DNA of 63,989 nt, filler included, from an uncultured bacterium (lineage in GTDB: Bacteria; CAYJOG01), in NCBI GenBank assembly GCA_964371695.1. It is 22 parts of 22 records of this genome, joined end to end, with 100 filler letters (N's around TTAATTAATTAA, not from the genome) between each part and the next. Parts side by side here need not be neighbours in the genome. Positions count along the whole stretch, not along the records: positions 35,575 to 38,392 come from CAYJOG010000454.1; positions 38,493 to 41,302 come from CAYJOG010000455.1; positions 41,403 to 44,191 come from CAYJOG010000456.1; positions 44,292 to 47,080 come from CAYJOG010000457.1; positions 47,181 to 49,968 come from CAYJOG010000458.1; 17 more parts are not named here. One strand, given 5' to 3'. Shown here piece by piece: positions 36,482-47,890 of the stretch (position 1 is the stretch's first letter; each line of letters opens with the position of its first letter). The notes beneath the pieces were generated by a model. That model searched no databases. It had not been told where the DNA came from and was given only the letters and a program-made list of their open reading frames with translations. Made by a program: the position numbers and the translations under genes.

Positions 36482-36952
36482 GTGTCAAAACCTGCGGCCA
36501 TGGACCTGACCGTGGCGGTGTTCACCGTGTTGCTGAGCCTGTTCCGCATGCCGTCGTATCAGACGCTGGAACAGGTGGCGGCGAGCCTGCGAGCACAGGG
36601 GGTGGATTTTGACGACGACACCCTCAAAACGGTTTTTGAAAACAACATGGCGAAACTGGCCAGCGCGCCGGTGCAGGTGCGCGTGTGCCACAACACCCAT
36701 TGTCAGGGTTTTCGGGAACACGCCCTGCCGCTGGTGGAACTGGCCCGCCTGAGCGCGGCCACGCCCCACGCCGTTTTTGTGCCGGATCACTGCCAGTATC
36801 TTTGCCGCGAAGGCCCCAATGTGCGGGTGTTCAAAGGGCTGGTGTATTGCCAGCACAGCGGCGTGATGGATGAAGCCGCGTGGCTGGCCGTGGTGGCAGA
36901 GGCCACCTTGCTGGCTTCGGGTTTTTCTTATACCGATGAACATTCAAAATAG
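36482..36952 (+). CDS. Thioredoxin-like [2Fe-2S] ferredoxin domain protein with a helical N-terminal extension
   Basis: VRVCHNTHC ... CQYLCREGPNV (C-x4-C / C-x3-C). Confidence 0.75.
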   Translation: MSKPAAMDLTVAVFTVLLSLFRMPSYQTLEQVAASLRAQGVDFDDDTLKTVFENNMAKLASAPVQVRVCHNTHCQGFREHALPLVELARLSAATPHAVFVPDHCQYLCREGPNVRVFKGLVYCQHSGVMDEAAWLAVVAEATLLASGFSYTDEHSK

Positions 36953-37191
36953 CATGAATATTCATCGGATTGTTTGGCCTTGCCGCTCGTCATGAACGGC
37001 TGCGGCCCGGCGCTGTGCAGGCAAAGCCTGCTTGCGCCACGAACACCTCCGGCGCTTGTTGCGCCTCGGTGTTCGAGTGAATTCATCCATGAATTCATAC
37101 CAATTCTTACCGGCACTGCCGGACTTCGCAGTACTCGTTTCCTACCGATTCATCACTCAGGGTTAATGCTGTTCCGGTTGAGAATTGGTAT
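36929..37191 (+). repeat. ~260-nt structured element (extended four-helix family); inverted homologue at 49584..49848
   Basis: Colinear similarity with compensatory substitutions in the stems; ATACC..GGTAT ends. Confidence 0.9.
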
Positions 37192-37219
37192 TGGCCGGGC
37201 AGCGAGGGATAATGCCCCC

Positions 37220-38281
37220 ATGGGGTGGACAGGGCAAAGCAGGATGGTCATGGTGGGGCTGGCGGCCTGTTTCATCGCCTCCGCCGCCCTGGCGCAGGAC
37301 AATTTTCCTCCCCCGTTTGAAGCCTCAAAACCCCTCAAACCCCCGCTGCCCCAGTGGGTGGTGGATGAACCGCTGGATGTTGTTGCCGAAGACGCCACCC
37401 TCAGCCTGCGGACCCGTGAAATCGAAAGCGGCATCCGCACCGGCGCGGTACCCTGGTTCGCAGACCCGGCCAATCTGCGGGGGGTGTCGGCCACGCAGGT
37501 GAAGGTGACGCTGGCGGGGGACTGGTCGTGGTGGCAAAACCATCAGGCCCTGTCCGAGCGCCTGCGCGCCCGCGCCGCCGGTGTGTTGCGGCAGGCTGGT
37601 TTTGACGTACCCGCTGACGTGAACTGGCGCGGCTCCGGCTCCCATGCGCAGTTAAACACAGGCCACGGCCCGGCGCTTGGGGACTGGCCCCACACCAGTC
37701 AGGCTTTTCTCATTCCCCGCAGACCCTTTTTGGGAGAGGAACCAGACGACAACCCCTGGCCCGTGACGTGGAACCAGCCCATGGGCGCACCCGAAGATCA
37801 GAACCCCGGCCTGAACCGGTTGGAGATTGTGCTTACCCCCACGGTGTTTCTGGATGGCGAAATCAGTGTGATGTCTCAGGCGGTGTTTTTTCGTCAGGCC
37901 GCCGGGGGACACAATGCCTATCCCGGTGCGGTGTGGGCGAGCGGCCTGAGCGAAATGCGGTTGTCTCGCCATCACGGGCCGGAACACCTTTGGTTGTTGT
38001 GCGAAGAAGTGCTGCGCCAGTGGCGTCTGGCCCACCGGCAGGCCACCGCCGAGCCGCAACTTTTGCCCGACGCCGCCCACCTGCCTGGCCCGCACCGTCT
38101 GCCGCCGCAGGGCTGGTGGTCTGACGCGCCGGGGGCGGATGCCGCCATTTCACCGCTGGATCAGAACGAATGGCTCAGCCCGCCCCACGGCCTGGACAAC
38201 CACCTGTGCGGTGGCGCGGGCAGGCGCTGGTCACCCGCTGGTGAAGACCCGGACCCCTGCCTGCGTTATCCGCAGGAGTGA
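37220..38281 (+). CDS. Secreted Trp/Pro-rich hypothetical protein
   Basis: Signal peptide (ALA|QD). The ORF-track N-terminus from 36974 is a translation of the repeat. Confidence 0.7.
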   Translation: MGWTGQSRMVMVGLAACFIASAALAQDNFPPPFEASKPLKPPLPQWVVDEPLDVVAEDATLSLRTREIESGIRTGAVPWFADPANLRGVSATQVKVTLAGDWSWWQNHQALSERLRARAAGVLRQAGFDVPADVNWRGSGSHAQLNTGHGPALGDWPHTSQAFLIPRRPFLGEEPDDNPWPVTWNQPMGAPEDQNPGLNRLEIVLTPTVFLDGEISVMSQAVFFRQAAGGHNAYPGAVWASGLSEMRLSRHHGPEHLWLLCEEVLRQWRLAHRQATAEPQLLPDAAHLPGPHRLPPQGWWSDAPGADAAISPLDQNEWLSPPHGLDNHLCGGAGRRWSPAGEDPDPCLRYPQE

Positions 38282-38492
38282 GGTCCATAGGCGTTAGAGC
38301 AAATTCATATTTGACGTAGACAAAGAGTGGGGTCAGCCCTTGCCCTCTCCCTGAGGGAGAGGGCAGACCGTGACCGAACAGATGTGAGGTCANNNNNNNN
38401 NNNNNNNNNNNNNNNNNNNNNNNNNNNNNNNNNNNNTTAATTAATTAANNNNNNNNNNNNNNNNNNNNNNNNNNNNNNNNNNNNNNNNNNNN

Positions 38493-38610
38493 GGGCCATG
38501 GTGCCCGCGCCCATGGGCAGGTCATAGGGCTGGGCGATGACACACCCCCGGTCGCTCCAGAACTGCTGCAGGCGGAACAACAGCTCCTGAAAATCAGCCG
38601 CTTTTTTCAC
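38493..38610 (-). CDS. glyQ: Glycine-tRNA ligase alpha subunit, N-terminal fragment
   Basis: Manual translation [39 protein letters not shown]. Confidence 0.92.
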
Positions 38611-38668
38611 GGGCGGAGTTTAACCCGAAGCGCAGCCACATGCGCAAAACCGCGATAGACTCCCGCCC

Positions 38669-40069
38669 ATGCATCCTCACCTGTTGAGCGCCGACGAACT
38701 GCTGGGCGTGCTGAAAACAGCCCTGGCCAAGGGGGGAGACTTTGCCGAGGTGTTTGTAGAGCGCACCGAAAGCACCGCGCTGGATTTTGAAGACGGCCAG
38801 TTGCGGTCCACCACCGTGGGCGACAGCATGGGCGCGGGGGTGCGGGTGATTCACCAATACCACACCGGCTATGCGTTTACCGATGAACTCACGCCCGAAT
38901 CGCTGCGGCGGGCCGCCAAAACGGCGGCTGAAATCGCCCGTGCGGGCAAAACCACCGTGCGGCCCCTGGCCGAGGTGGCGGCTGCCGACCGCTACGCCCA
39001 TCAAAAAGCCGCCGTGAGCGCCCCCGCCAAAGAAAAACTGCACCTGCTCAAGGCGGGCCACCGGGCTTTGCGCGCCCACGATGGTTGCATCAAAAAAATC
39101 AAGCTCTCCTACACCGACAGCCGCCGCCACATCACCATCGCCAACAGCCGGGGGCTGATGGTGAGCGACGTGCAGCCCATGGTGCGGCTCAACGCCAACG
39201 TGGTGGCCAGCCGCAAGGGCGTCACCAAAGAGGGCACGGCCAGTTACGGTGGGCGGTTTGGCCTGGAGTTTTTCAAGGCGCATCCGCCCGAAGTGGAACT
39301 GCTGGAGGCCGCCCGCGTGGCCATGGTGAACCTGGACGCCCGCCCCGCCCCCGCCGGTGAGATGACCGTGGTGGTAGGCCCCGGCTGGGGCGGCGTGTTG
39401 CTGCACGAAAGCGTGGGCCACGGCCTGGAAGCCGATTTCATTCTGAAAAAAACAAGCAACTACACGGGCCGACTGGGAGAGCGCGTGGCCAGCCATCTGG
39501 TGAGCGTGACGGACGACGCCACGCTGAACAACCAGCGCGGCTCCATCGCCGTAGACGACGAGGGTATGCCGGGACAGACAAAAGTGCTCATCGAAAAAGG
39601 CGTGCTGAAGGGCTACATGTATGACCTGTTGAGCGCCTGGCAACTGAAACAGAAAAGCACCGGCAGCGGCCGCCGCCAGAGCTACCGCCACATGCCCATG
39701 CCCCGCATGACCTGCACCTACATGATGGGCGGCAAAACCGACCCGGCAGAAATCATCGCGGGCACCAAACGGGGTGTCTTCGCCCACAGTTTCACCGGCG
39801 GCCAGGTGGACATCAGCAACGGCAATTTCGTGTTCAACATGAACGAAGCCTATCTGATTGAAAACGGCAAGATTTCGCACTCCATCGAGGGAGCCACGCT
39901 GATTGGCAACGGCCCGCAGATTTTGAAATCGGTGGACCGCGTGGGCAATGACAGCGCGCTCGACAAAGGCACTTTTGTGTGCGGCAAATCGGGCCAGAGT
40001 GTGCCGGTGAACGTGGGCGGGCCTACGCTGCGCATCAAAAACATCACGGTGGGAGGAGCATGCCGGTGA
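38669..40069 (+). CDS. tldD: TldD family metalloprotease
   Basis: LLHESVGHGLEAD, PMPRMTCT, CGKSGQSVPV. Confidence 0.95.
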   Translation: MHPHLLSADELLGVLKTALAKGGDFAEVFVERTESTALDFEDGQLRSTTVGDSMGAGVRVIHQYHTGYAFTDELTPESLRRAAKTAAEIARAGKTTVRPLAEVAAADRYAHQKAAVSAPAKEKLHLLKAGHRALRAHDGCIKKIKLSYTDSRRHITIANSRGLMVSDVQPMVRLNANVVASRKGVTKEGTASYGGRFGLEFFKAHPPEVELLEAARVAMVNLDARPAPAGEMTVVVGPGWGGVLLHESVGHGLEADFILKKTSNYTGRLGERVASHLVSVTDDATLNNQRGSIAVDDEGMPGQTKVLIEKGVLKGYMYDLLSAWQLKQKSTGSGRRQSYRHMPMPRMTCTYMMGGKTDPAEIIAGTKRGVFAHSFTGGQVDISNGNFVFNMNEAYLIENGKISHSIEGATLIGNGPQILKSVDRVGNDSALDKGTFVCGKSGQSVPVNVGGPTLRIKNITVGGACR

Positions 40070-41302
40070 GCGCGACACCCTTTCACCCACCCGAAGACCC
40101 CGCGCCGCTGGTGACCCTGGCCAGAAGCGTGCTGCGCACCATGTTGCGCCAGGGCGCGGACGAAGCCGAGGTGATGGTGCAGCACAGCGTGGGCTGCACC
40201 ATGAAGGTACACGAAGGCAAGGTGGACGAAGTGAAACAGGGCGAAGACAAGGGCCTGGGCATACGATTTTTCAAAAACAAGCGCCTGAGCGAAGGCCACA
40301 GCACCGACCTGCATCCTGCGGCGCTCAAAACACTCATCCGCCGCACGGCGGAGTTTTCGGAGTCGGTGGCCAGCGATCCGCACCACTCCCTGGCCCCTTC
40401 CGAAAAAAGCCCCGGTGAAAAAAAGCTGGCGCTCTATCAGGACGACTTCAGCACCCTGCCCCAATCCCAAAAACTCAAGCGGCTGATGTCGCTTGAAAAA
40501 ATCGGGCTGGGGCAGGCGGCCATCCGCCTGTCAGACGGCGCGAACTATCACGAAGCCCGCACCACCACCGTGCTGCTCAACAGCCTGGGGCAGAAAATCA
40601 TCCGCCAGAGCACCGGCGCCAGCGTGTGGATTGGCCTGTATGCCGCCGACGAAAAACACGGCCAGCAGGCGGCGTGGGAAGGCACCGCCGCCCGGTCATT
40701 GCAGGGCCTGGGCGACTGGAACGTGCTGGCGGTGCGGGCCGCCGACGAAGCCCGCTGCCTGCTGGGGGCCAAACCCATCGCCACCGGCCCCATGGCGGTG
40801 GTGTTCAACAACCAGCAGAGCGGTGTGCTTTTCAGCGGCCTGCTGGGGGCCATGAAAGGCAGCCGCCTTGCGAACCGCAACAGTTATCTGCTGGGGCGCG
40901 TGGGCAAAAAAGTGGCGGGCAAAAACATCCAGCTCATCGAAGACCCGTTTTTGCCCGGCGCGCTGGGCAGCGGTGTGTATGACGGCGAAGGCACGCCCAA
41001 AACACGCAAGGTGCTGATAGACCAGGGCCGCTTCACCGGCTTTGTCTTCAACCGTTATTACGCCAGCAAATGCAAAACCGCCACCACAGGCAACGCCTCG
41101 CGCACGGGATATGGCGGCGGCATCGGCATCGGATTTTCCAACGTGTTGCTGGAAGGCGCGGCGGGCATGAATGAAGCCGACGTGGTGGACGACACCCCGG
41201 ACGGCGTGCTGGTGTTGGGCACCATGGGCATGGGCGTGAACCCCGTCTCCGGCGAGTTCAGCCTGGGGGCCTATGGGCGGCGCATCCGCAAGGGCAAACT
41301 GG
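40060..41302 (+). CDS. pmbA: PmbA/TldE family protein (3' truncated)
   Basis: ADEAEV, YDGEG, TTGNA, VNPVSGEFS; overlaps the tldD stop. Confidence 0.92.
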
Positions 41303-41402
41303 NNNNNNNNNNNNNNNNNNNNNNNNNNNNNNNNNNNNNNNNNNNNTTAATTAATTAANNNNNNNNNNNNNNNNNNNNNNNNNNNNNNNNNNNNNNNNNN
41401 NN

Positions 41403-44191
41403 CACAAGAAGAAGGCGTGCCGCCCGTGCCGCCCGGTGTTGTGGAAAATCCGCCGCCCGCCCAGGACACCACGCCACCGGTTATTGCGCTCAGCAGCCAT
41501 CCGGCGGACGTCACGCTGAATACCAACACGGTCACACTCACGGGCACGCTCACTGAGGACAGCGGAACCATCGCCAGCTTTGGGCTGAACGGCCAGCCGG
41601 TGGGTTTTGCCAATGGTGCTTTCAGCCACGCGCTCACGCTGAACGAAGGGGCGAACGTGCTGAGCTTCGCCGCCACCGACGCGGCGGGCAACGTGGCCAT
41701 GCTGGTGCGCACACTCATTTATGCACCGCCCGCGCCGCCACAAGAAGAAGGCGTGCCGCCCGGTGTTGTGGAAAATCCGCCGCCGGTGGAGCCCCCTGTC
41801 ATCACACCGCCGCCTGCTGGAACACCCGCGCCGGTGGTGGAGAATCCGCCCGCCGAGACACCAGCGCCTGTGGTTGAAAATCCGCCCGCCGAGACACCGG
41901 CGCCCGTGACAGAAAATCCGCCGGCTGTCGAGTCGCCTGTGGCCGACATCACGGCACCGCTCATCACGCTGCAAAACCCGGCCACATCCACTTTCAGCAC
42001 CACAGACGCCACCGTGACGCTGAGTGGTGTGGTGAGCGACGACAGCGGGCCGGTGAATCTGATGGTGAACGGCGTGACGCTGGCCGCTTCGCCTTCTTCT
42101 TCAAATATCAACCCCCACCAACAGCCCCTTGGCCCGAAGCCTGAAGCCTCAAGCCCGCAGTTCTCCAGCCTGCCGTTCAGCACCGTGCTCACGCTCGCGC
42201 CTGGCCCCAACGTGTTTGTGCTGGTGGCCAGCGACGCCAGCGGCAACATCACCACCACCACGCTCAACCTCACGCGCGAGACACCCGTGGACAACACACC
42301 GCCCAGCCTGAGCATCACCCAGCCGCCCGCGGACCCCTTCTGGCTGAACACCCTGAGTTATGTGCTGGAGGGTCAGACGAATCCCGGCGCAGCGGTGCGG
42401 GTGGACGAGACCCCCGCCGTGGTGACGCCAGACGGCCGCTTCGTGATGCCGCTGAACCTCACCGAGGGCAACAACACCATTCTGGTCGCGGCGCAAAAAG
42501 GAGCAGGGGCGACGGGTGGGCGACGCGCCAGGGCGGCGGCCGCTGCCCCGGAGACCTCTGTGCTGGTGGAACTGGTGGCGGACACACTGGCGCCTGAGAT
42601 CACGTGGCTGAACCCAGACGCGAGCGGAAACCTGGACATTGCTGGGGCGATTCGTGTGCGTGTGCAGGAGCCCGCAGGCACAACGGGCAGCGGCGTGAAT
42701 CCGCAGTCCCTGAACCTGACGGTGGACGGCCAAACCGTGGCGCTCACTGCGGATGGCCCCAGCGGCGAATACACCGCCCAACTCCCCCCGCTGCCAGACG
42801 GCGTGCATACTTTTGTGCTGACCGCCGCCGACAACGTGGGCAACCTCGCCACCAGCGTGGTGACGGTAGGGGAGGTAGGTGTCGCAGTTATCGGTACCGA
42901 ACTACTCCCCGCATTGATGACCGTGACCACGGAACCAGCACCCGCTGCTCCTTCTTCGGAGATAACAACCTCATCCGCCACATTAGTGAAACTAAGTGAT
43001 CCACAGGCAACAGCGGTCATGGTAGGAGACGCGCTGCAAGTCCGCTACAGCGGAATGGCAGGTTTATCAGATATCGCAGCGGTATTGGTGAATCCGGGCA
43101 ACAGTCATGGGGTTGGTGCATCGGCGGCCATGTCTGGGGTTCTTCGGTTAACCGAAAATGCTCCCGGCCAATACGCCGTCACGGTGCCGCTTATACAGAG
43201 TCAAGATCAAAGTGGCCAAATCGCTGGTCAGTTAGTGGCAACCGTAGGTCGCTTCACGCAAGATGCGGGTGGGGGCCAACCGCCGCCGCTGTCACTTTCA
43301 GTACCCTCTGGGTACGATAATCCAGGAACATTGATTTTTAGCCCTGATCCCAATCCCCCACCGCCGGTGGAAGACTCCTTTGCCGGGACAAACTATTCAA
43401 GTGCGCTAATTGCAAAAACCCATGATGGAACATCGTCTCCAACACCGTTTTTAGATGGTGGTGGGAAAGCCATATTTCAACTTACTGACAATGTAGGGTG
43501 GATTGATTTAAATACCGCTCAATACCAATATGCTCCACCATTTGGTGGTGTCGCCACTCTTGAAACAAGCTTGGGGTTTAGCGCCGCAAGCGAGCCACAG
43601 GCAGACCAAGTGATGGCGACACGGCTTGTATTACCAGGCCCTTGCGACACTTGCAATGTAGTTGGGTTTGAGTTGCGAGTTATTAACCCAGGCCAACCTG
43701 GACTACTCACCACCATTTTTACTGTGAATGGGGATAATAGATTTCATCAATTGAGCGGAATTGATGTTTTTCCTGACGCGCCTGTGCGCGTTAAAGTTGA
43801 GATAATGCAAAACCCCCCTCGAATTCTATATTTTATTGACACTGGGAGCGGCTATACTTTACAGCATTCCGAAGAAAACGTTAGTTTGCCATCTTTAACC
43901 AAAATGGGTTTAAGCCTGATGGCAACTGGCAATGGGGGTCAGGCGCCTGTTGGTAACACCCAGTTTTTTATTGACGAAATAATTTCCAACCTGCGATTGC
44001 CGTCAAACGACTACTTGGTCAGCCACACTCCGCTGGCTCTAAGTGGAAGTGTCTATGACAGTTTGAGTCTGTTTGGCATGCTGGACCAAGGGCTTGTATT
44101 CAGCAACTTAGATGAAGGAATGCTTCCAGTTATAAGCAGCAATACTCGGGTGGGGGCAGACATGACCCGTCCAGTAAATGCTGCGTTGCTA
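41403..44191 (+). CDS. Internal fragment of a large extracellular protein with Ig-like (glucodextranase-B type) repeats and Pro-rich linkers
   Basis: Four DxTxP...L.EG.N...A.D.AGN-type modules; frame open across the whole contig. Confidence 0.85.
41822..41925 (+). repeat. Three 36-nt tandem repeats encoding TPAPVVENPPAE
   Basis: Visible in DNA and protein; CAAGAAGAAGGCGTGCCGCCC..GGTGTTGTGGAAAATCCGCCGCC is also duplicated at ~41405 and ~41741. Confidence 0.85.
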
Positions 44192-44291
44192 NNNNNNNNN
44201 NNNNNNNNNNNNNNNNNNNNNNNNNNNNNNNNNNNTTAATTAATTAANNNNNNNNNNNNNNNNNNNNNNNNNNNNNNNNNNNNNNNNNNNN

Positions 44292-44899
44292 TGATCAACA
44301 CCGCCGTGTTCGTTCTCTTCGCCTTCAGTTTCACCCACCCCAAAACCAGCCGCGACTGGCGTTCCTTTGGTGCGTTCAGCGCCTTTCTGGTGGCGTTGTT
44401 CACCGAGATGTACGGTTTTCCCCTCACGCTTTACTTTCTCTCCGGCTGGCTGGGCAACCGCATCCCCGCCCTGAACAACCTCAGCCACGACAACGGCCAC
44501 CTGTGGAACAGTCTGCTGGGGCTGAAGGGCAATCCCCATTTCAGCCCCCTTCACCTGCTGAGCAACGTGACGATCGTGGGCGGATTTTTTCTGTTGTCCG
44601 CCGCCTGGAAAGTGCTCTATCAGGCCCAGCGCACCGGCCAACTGGCCACGGGCGGCCCCTATGTCCGTCTGCGTCACCCCCAATACCTGGGTTTTCTGCT
44701 CATCATGGTGGGCTTTCTATTGCAGTGGCCCACGCTGCCCACGCTGGTGATGTTCCCCATTCTGGTGGTGATGTACACCCGCCTCGCCCGTCGCGAAGAA
44801 GCCGACAGCCACCATGCCTTTGGCGCAGCGTGGGAAGACTACGCCGCCAGAACCCCTGCCTTTTTTCCCCGTGTGTTGACCAAAAGGAACCCAACATGA
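44292..44899 (+). CDS. Isoprenylcysteine carboxylmethyltransferase family membrane protein (5' truncated)
   Basis: [26 protein letters not shown]; a type commonly adjacent to copper ATPases. Confidence 0.88.
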
Positions 44900-47080
44900 A
44901 TCCCCACGAAAACCATTCCGCCCACCACCATCACGCCGCCCCGCCAGCCGCCGCCAGGGCAGACCATCCCGGCACGGTCTACACCTGCCCGATGCACCCG
45001 GAGGTGCGGCAGGACAAACCCGGTTCCTGCCCGGTCTGCGGCATGGCGCTGGAGCCGGTTTCTCCTGCCACAGGAGAATGGACCTGCCCCATGCACCCGG
45101 AGGTGCGCCAGCCCGGCCCCGGCGCGTGCCCCATCTGCGGCATGGCCCTGGAGCCCCGCAGCGGCCCGGCGGCCCTGGAGCGCCTGGAACTCAAAGACAT
45201 GACCCGCCGCTTTGCCGTCGCCAGCCTGCTGAGCCTGCCCCTGGTGGGCATGGTCATGGCCGAGATGTGGCCGGGCATGCCGCTGCACCGTCTGATCAAA
45301 CCCGGCTGGACGGCCTGGATTGGTCTGGCGCTGGCCACCCCCACGGTGTGGTGGGCGGGTTGGCCCCTGATGACCAAGGGGGCGCGGAGCATTGTGACCC
45401 GCCGCCTGAACATGTTCACCCTCATCTCCCTGGGGGTGAGCGTGGCGTGGGTCTACAGCGTGGTGGGCACCGGCTGGCCCGGCCTGTTCCCGGCCAGTTT
45501 TCGCACCGAAACCGGTCAGGTGGGGGTTTATTACGAAGCCGCTGCGGTGATTGTGGCGCTGGTGCTGCTGGGTCAGGTGCTGGAACTGCGCGCCCGTTCC
45601 GCCACGGGGGCGGCCATTCGCGCGCTGGTGGGTCTGGCCCCCAAAACGGCCCGACGCATCAGCCCCGACGGCGCTGAAGAAGAAGTACCGCTTTCTCTGG
45701 TGCAGCCCGGCGACCTGCTGCGGGTGCGGCCCGGCGAAAAGGTGCCCACCGACGGCGTGGTGAAAGAAGGCCACAGCGCCGTGGATGAATCCATGGTGAC
45801 CGGCGAGCCCCTGCCCGTGGAAAAACAGGCCGGGGACCATCTTGTCGGCGCCACGCTGAACGGCGGCGGCGCGCTGGTGATGCAGGCGGAGCGCGTGGGG
45901 GCAGACACACTGCTGGCCCAGATCATCCATCTGGTGGCCGAGGCCCAGCGCAGCCGCGCACCCATCCAGAAACTGGCCGACACCGTCAGCGCCTGGTTTG
46001 TGCCTGCCGTGGTGGGCGTGGCGGCCGTGGCCTTTGGCGTGTGGTGGGCCTGGGGCCCCGCGCCTTCGCTGACCTATGCCGTGCTGAACGCCGTGTCGGT
46101 GCTCATCATCGCCTGCCCCTGCGCCCTGGGTCTGGCCACCCCCATGAGCCTGACCGTGGCCATGGGCAAGGGGGCGCAGGGCGGCGTGTTGTTCAAAGAC
46201 GCCGAAGCCCTGGAAGTGCTGCGCACGGTGGACACCCTGGTGGTGGACAAAACCGGCACCCTCACCGAGGGCAAACCGCGTCTGGTGCAGGTGGAGGTGT
46301 TTGAAGGTTTCACGGAAATCCAGGTGCTGGCCATGGCCGCCGCCCTGGAGCGCCCCAGCGAGCATCCCCTGGCCGCCGCCATTTTGCAGGAGGCCGCCGG
46401 GCGGGGTCTGGCGGTGCCCGCCGCAGAAGATTTTCAGGCCGTCCCCGGCAAAGGGGTGACGGGGCGTGTCAGTGGTGTGGCGGTGTCGCTGGGCAGCCCG
46501 GCCCTGTTCAGCCACATGAACGTGGCCGCCGGACAGATGCAGGAAAAAGCCGAGGCGTTGCGCCGCGAAGGTGTCACGGTGATTTTTCTGGTGGTCGAAG
46601 GAAAACCGGCGGGTTTGCTGGGTGTGGCTGACCCCATCAAGGCCACCACGCGCCAGGCCCTGGACGCCCTGGCGCAGGAAGGCGTGCGGGTGGTGATGCT
46701 CACCGGCGACAACGCCACCACCGCCCAGGCCGTGGCAGACCGCCTGGGCCTGAAAGAGGTCCACGCCGGTGTGCTGCCCCAGGACAAGGCGGGCGTGGTG
46801 AAGGCGTTGCAGCAACAGGGCCGGGTGGTGGCCATGGCGGGAGACGGCATCAACGACGCCCCCGCCCTGGCCCAGGCCCAGGTGGGCATCGCCATGGGCA
46901 CCGGCGCGGACGTGGCCATGCACAGCGCCGGTGTGACGCTGGTCAAGGGCGATCTTCTGGGCATTGTCCGGGCCAGACGCCTGTCGGCGGCCACCATGGC
47001 CAACATCCGCCAGAACCTGTTTTTCGCCTTTGGTTACAACGCCCTGGGGGTGCCGGTGGCGGCGGGGGTGCTCTATCCCG
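44896..47080 (+). CDS. copA: Cu/Ag-translocating P1B-type ATPase (3' truncated)
   Basis: His-rich N-terminus, two TCPMHP..CPxCGM domains, TGE, CPC, DKTGT, SEHP, GDGIND, YN. Confidence 0.95.
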
Positions 47081-47275
47081 NNNNNNNNNNNNNNNNNNNN
47101 NNNNNNNNNNNNNNNNNNNNNNNNTTAATTAATTAANNNNNNNNNNNNNNNNNNNNNNNNNNNNNNNNNNNNNNNNNNNNGTTTCATCCCGCCCTCTCCC
47201 TGAGGGAGAGGGCATTGAGGGCACCCCACCGTTTGTCTATACCATGTCTAAAAACACTCTAATTCGGAAACGGCT

Positions 47276-47890
47276 CTATGGCCCGCCCGGCAAAAAGATG
47301 CTGTTGGTCTGGCGTTCCTTTTCCAGTTCGCGGGAGAGGCGTTCCCGCTCCTGTTCCAGTTCCGCCACCCGTTGTTTCAGGGTTTTTACTTCGTTGCGCA
47401 GGGCGGTGAGTTCCTTTTCCAGGGCGCGGGACTGTTCCTTGAAGGCTCCCTGGCCCTGGAGCAGTTTTTCCAGCGAGCGGGCCTGGGTTTCCAGTTGTCC
47501 CTGCATGGTCTTTCGGGCCGAGAGCTGTTTTTCGGTTTGTGAGAGCAGGCGGCGTTTGTCCTGTTCCTGCGCCCGGAGTTTCTGACGAAGGGCCTGCTCT
47601 GTGGCGGCAGAGGCCGTGATTTCCTGGCCAAGGGGGCGCACGGCGGCTGCGGGCGAGGGTTTGCCAGCGGGGGTTATGCTGGCCACGCGGCCCTGAGTGT
47701 CGCCCTCTTCAGTCAAGATTTCTTCGCCGCCCTTTACTACTTCCAACCGGCTGTGGGCTTGGCTGGGGTCGAAATAGGCCACGCTCAGCAGGGCGACAAA
47801 AAGAATGATGAGCAAAAAACAGAAGTCCACAAAGGGCATGAGAAAACTCACGCGCCTGGGGCCGCCCGTGCTCGTTTGCACCTCACTCAC
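47276..47890 (-). CDS. ExbD/TolR/MotB-like single-TM protein with a C-terminal coiled coil
   Basis: FLMPFVDFCFLLIILFVALL has the conserved TM Asp; ~90-aa heptad region; 8-nt overlap with the upstream gene. Confidence 0.75.
   Translation of the reverse strand: MSEVQTSTGGPRRVSFLMPFVDFCFLLIILFVALLSVAYFDPSQAHSRLEVVKGGEEILTEEGDTQGRVASITPAGKPSPAAAVRPLGQEITASAATEQALRQKLRAQEQDKRRLLSQTEKQLSARKTMQGQLETQARSLEKLLQGQGAFKEQSRALEKELTALRNEVKTLKQRVAELEQERERLSRELEKERQTNSIFLPGGP

Noticed and set aside
36974-37219. Apparent homologous peptides in ORFs 36974.., 49609..49818, 49683..49877 and 49547..49744
   Set aside because: These are translations of the 260-nt repeat, and the frames are not preserved between copies.
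38669-41302. tldD/pmbA as a RiPP maturation cluster
   Set aside because: No precursor peptide or modifying enzymes on the contig; ordinary housekeeping context beside glyQ.
41403-44191. Diversity-generating retroelement target or CRISPR-like repeats
   Set aside because: No TR/VR pair, reverse transcriptase or unique spacers; the repeats are in-frame Pro-rich linkers.
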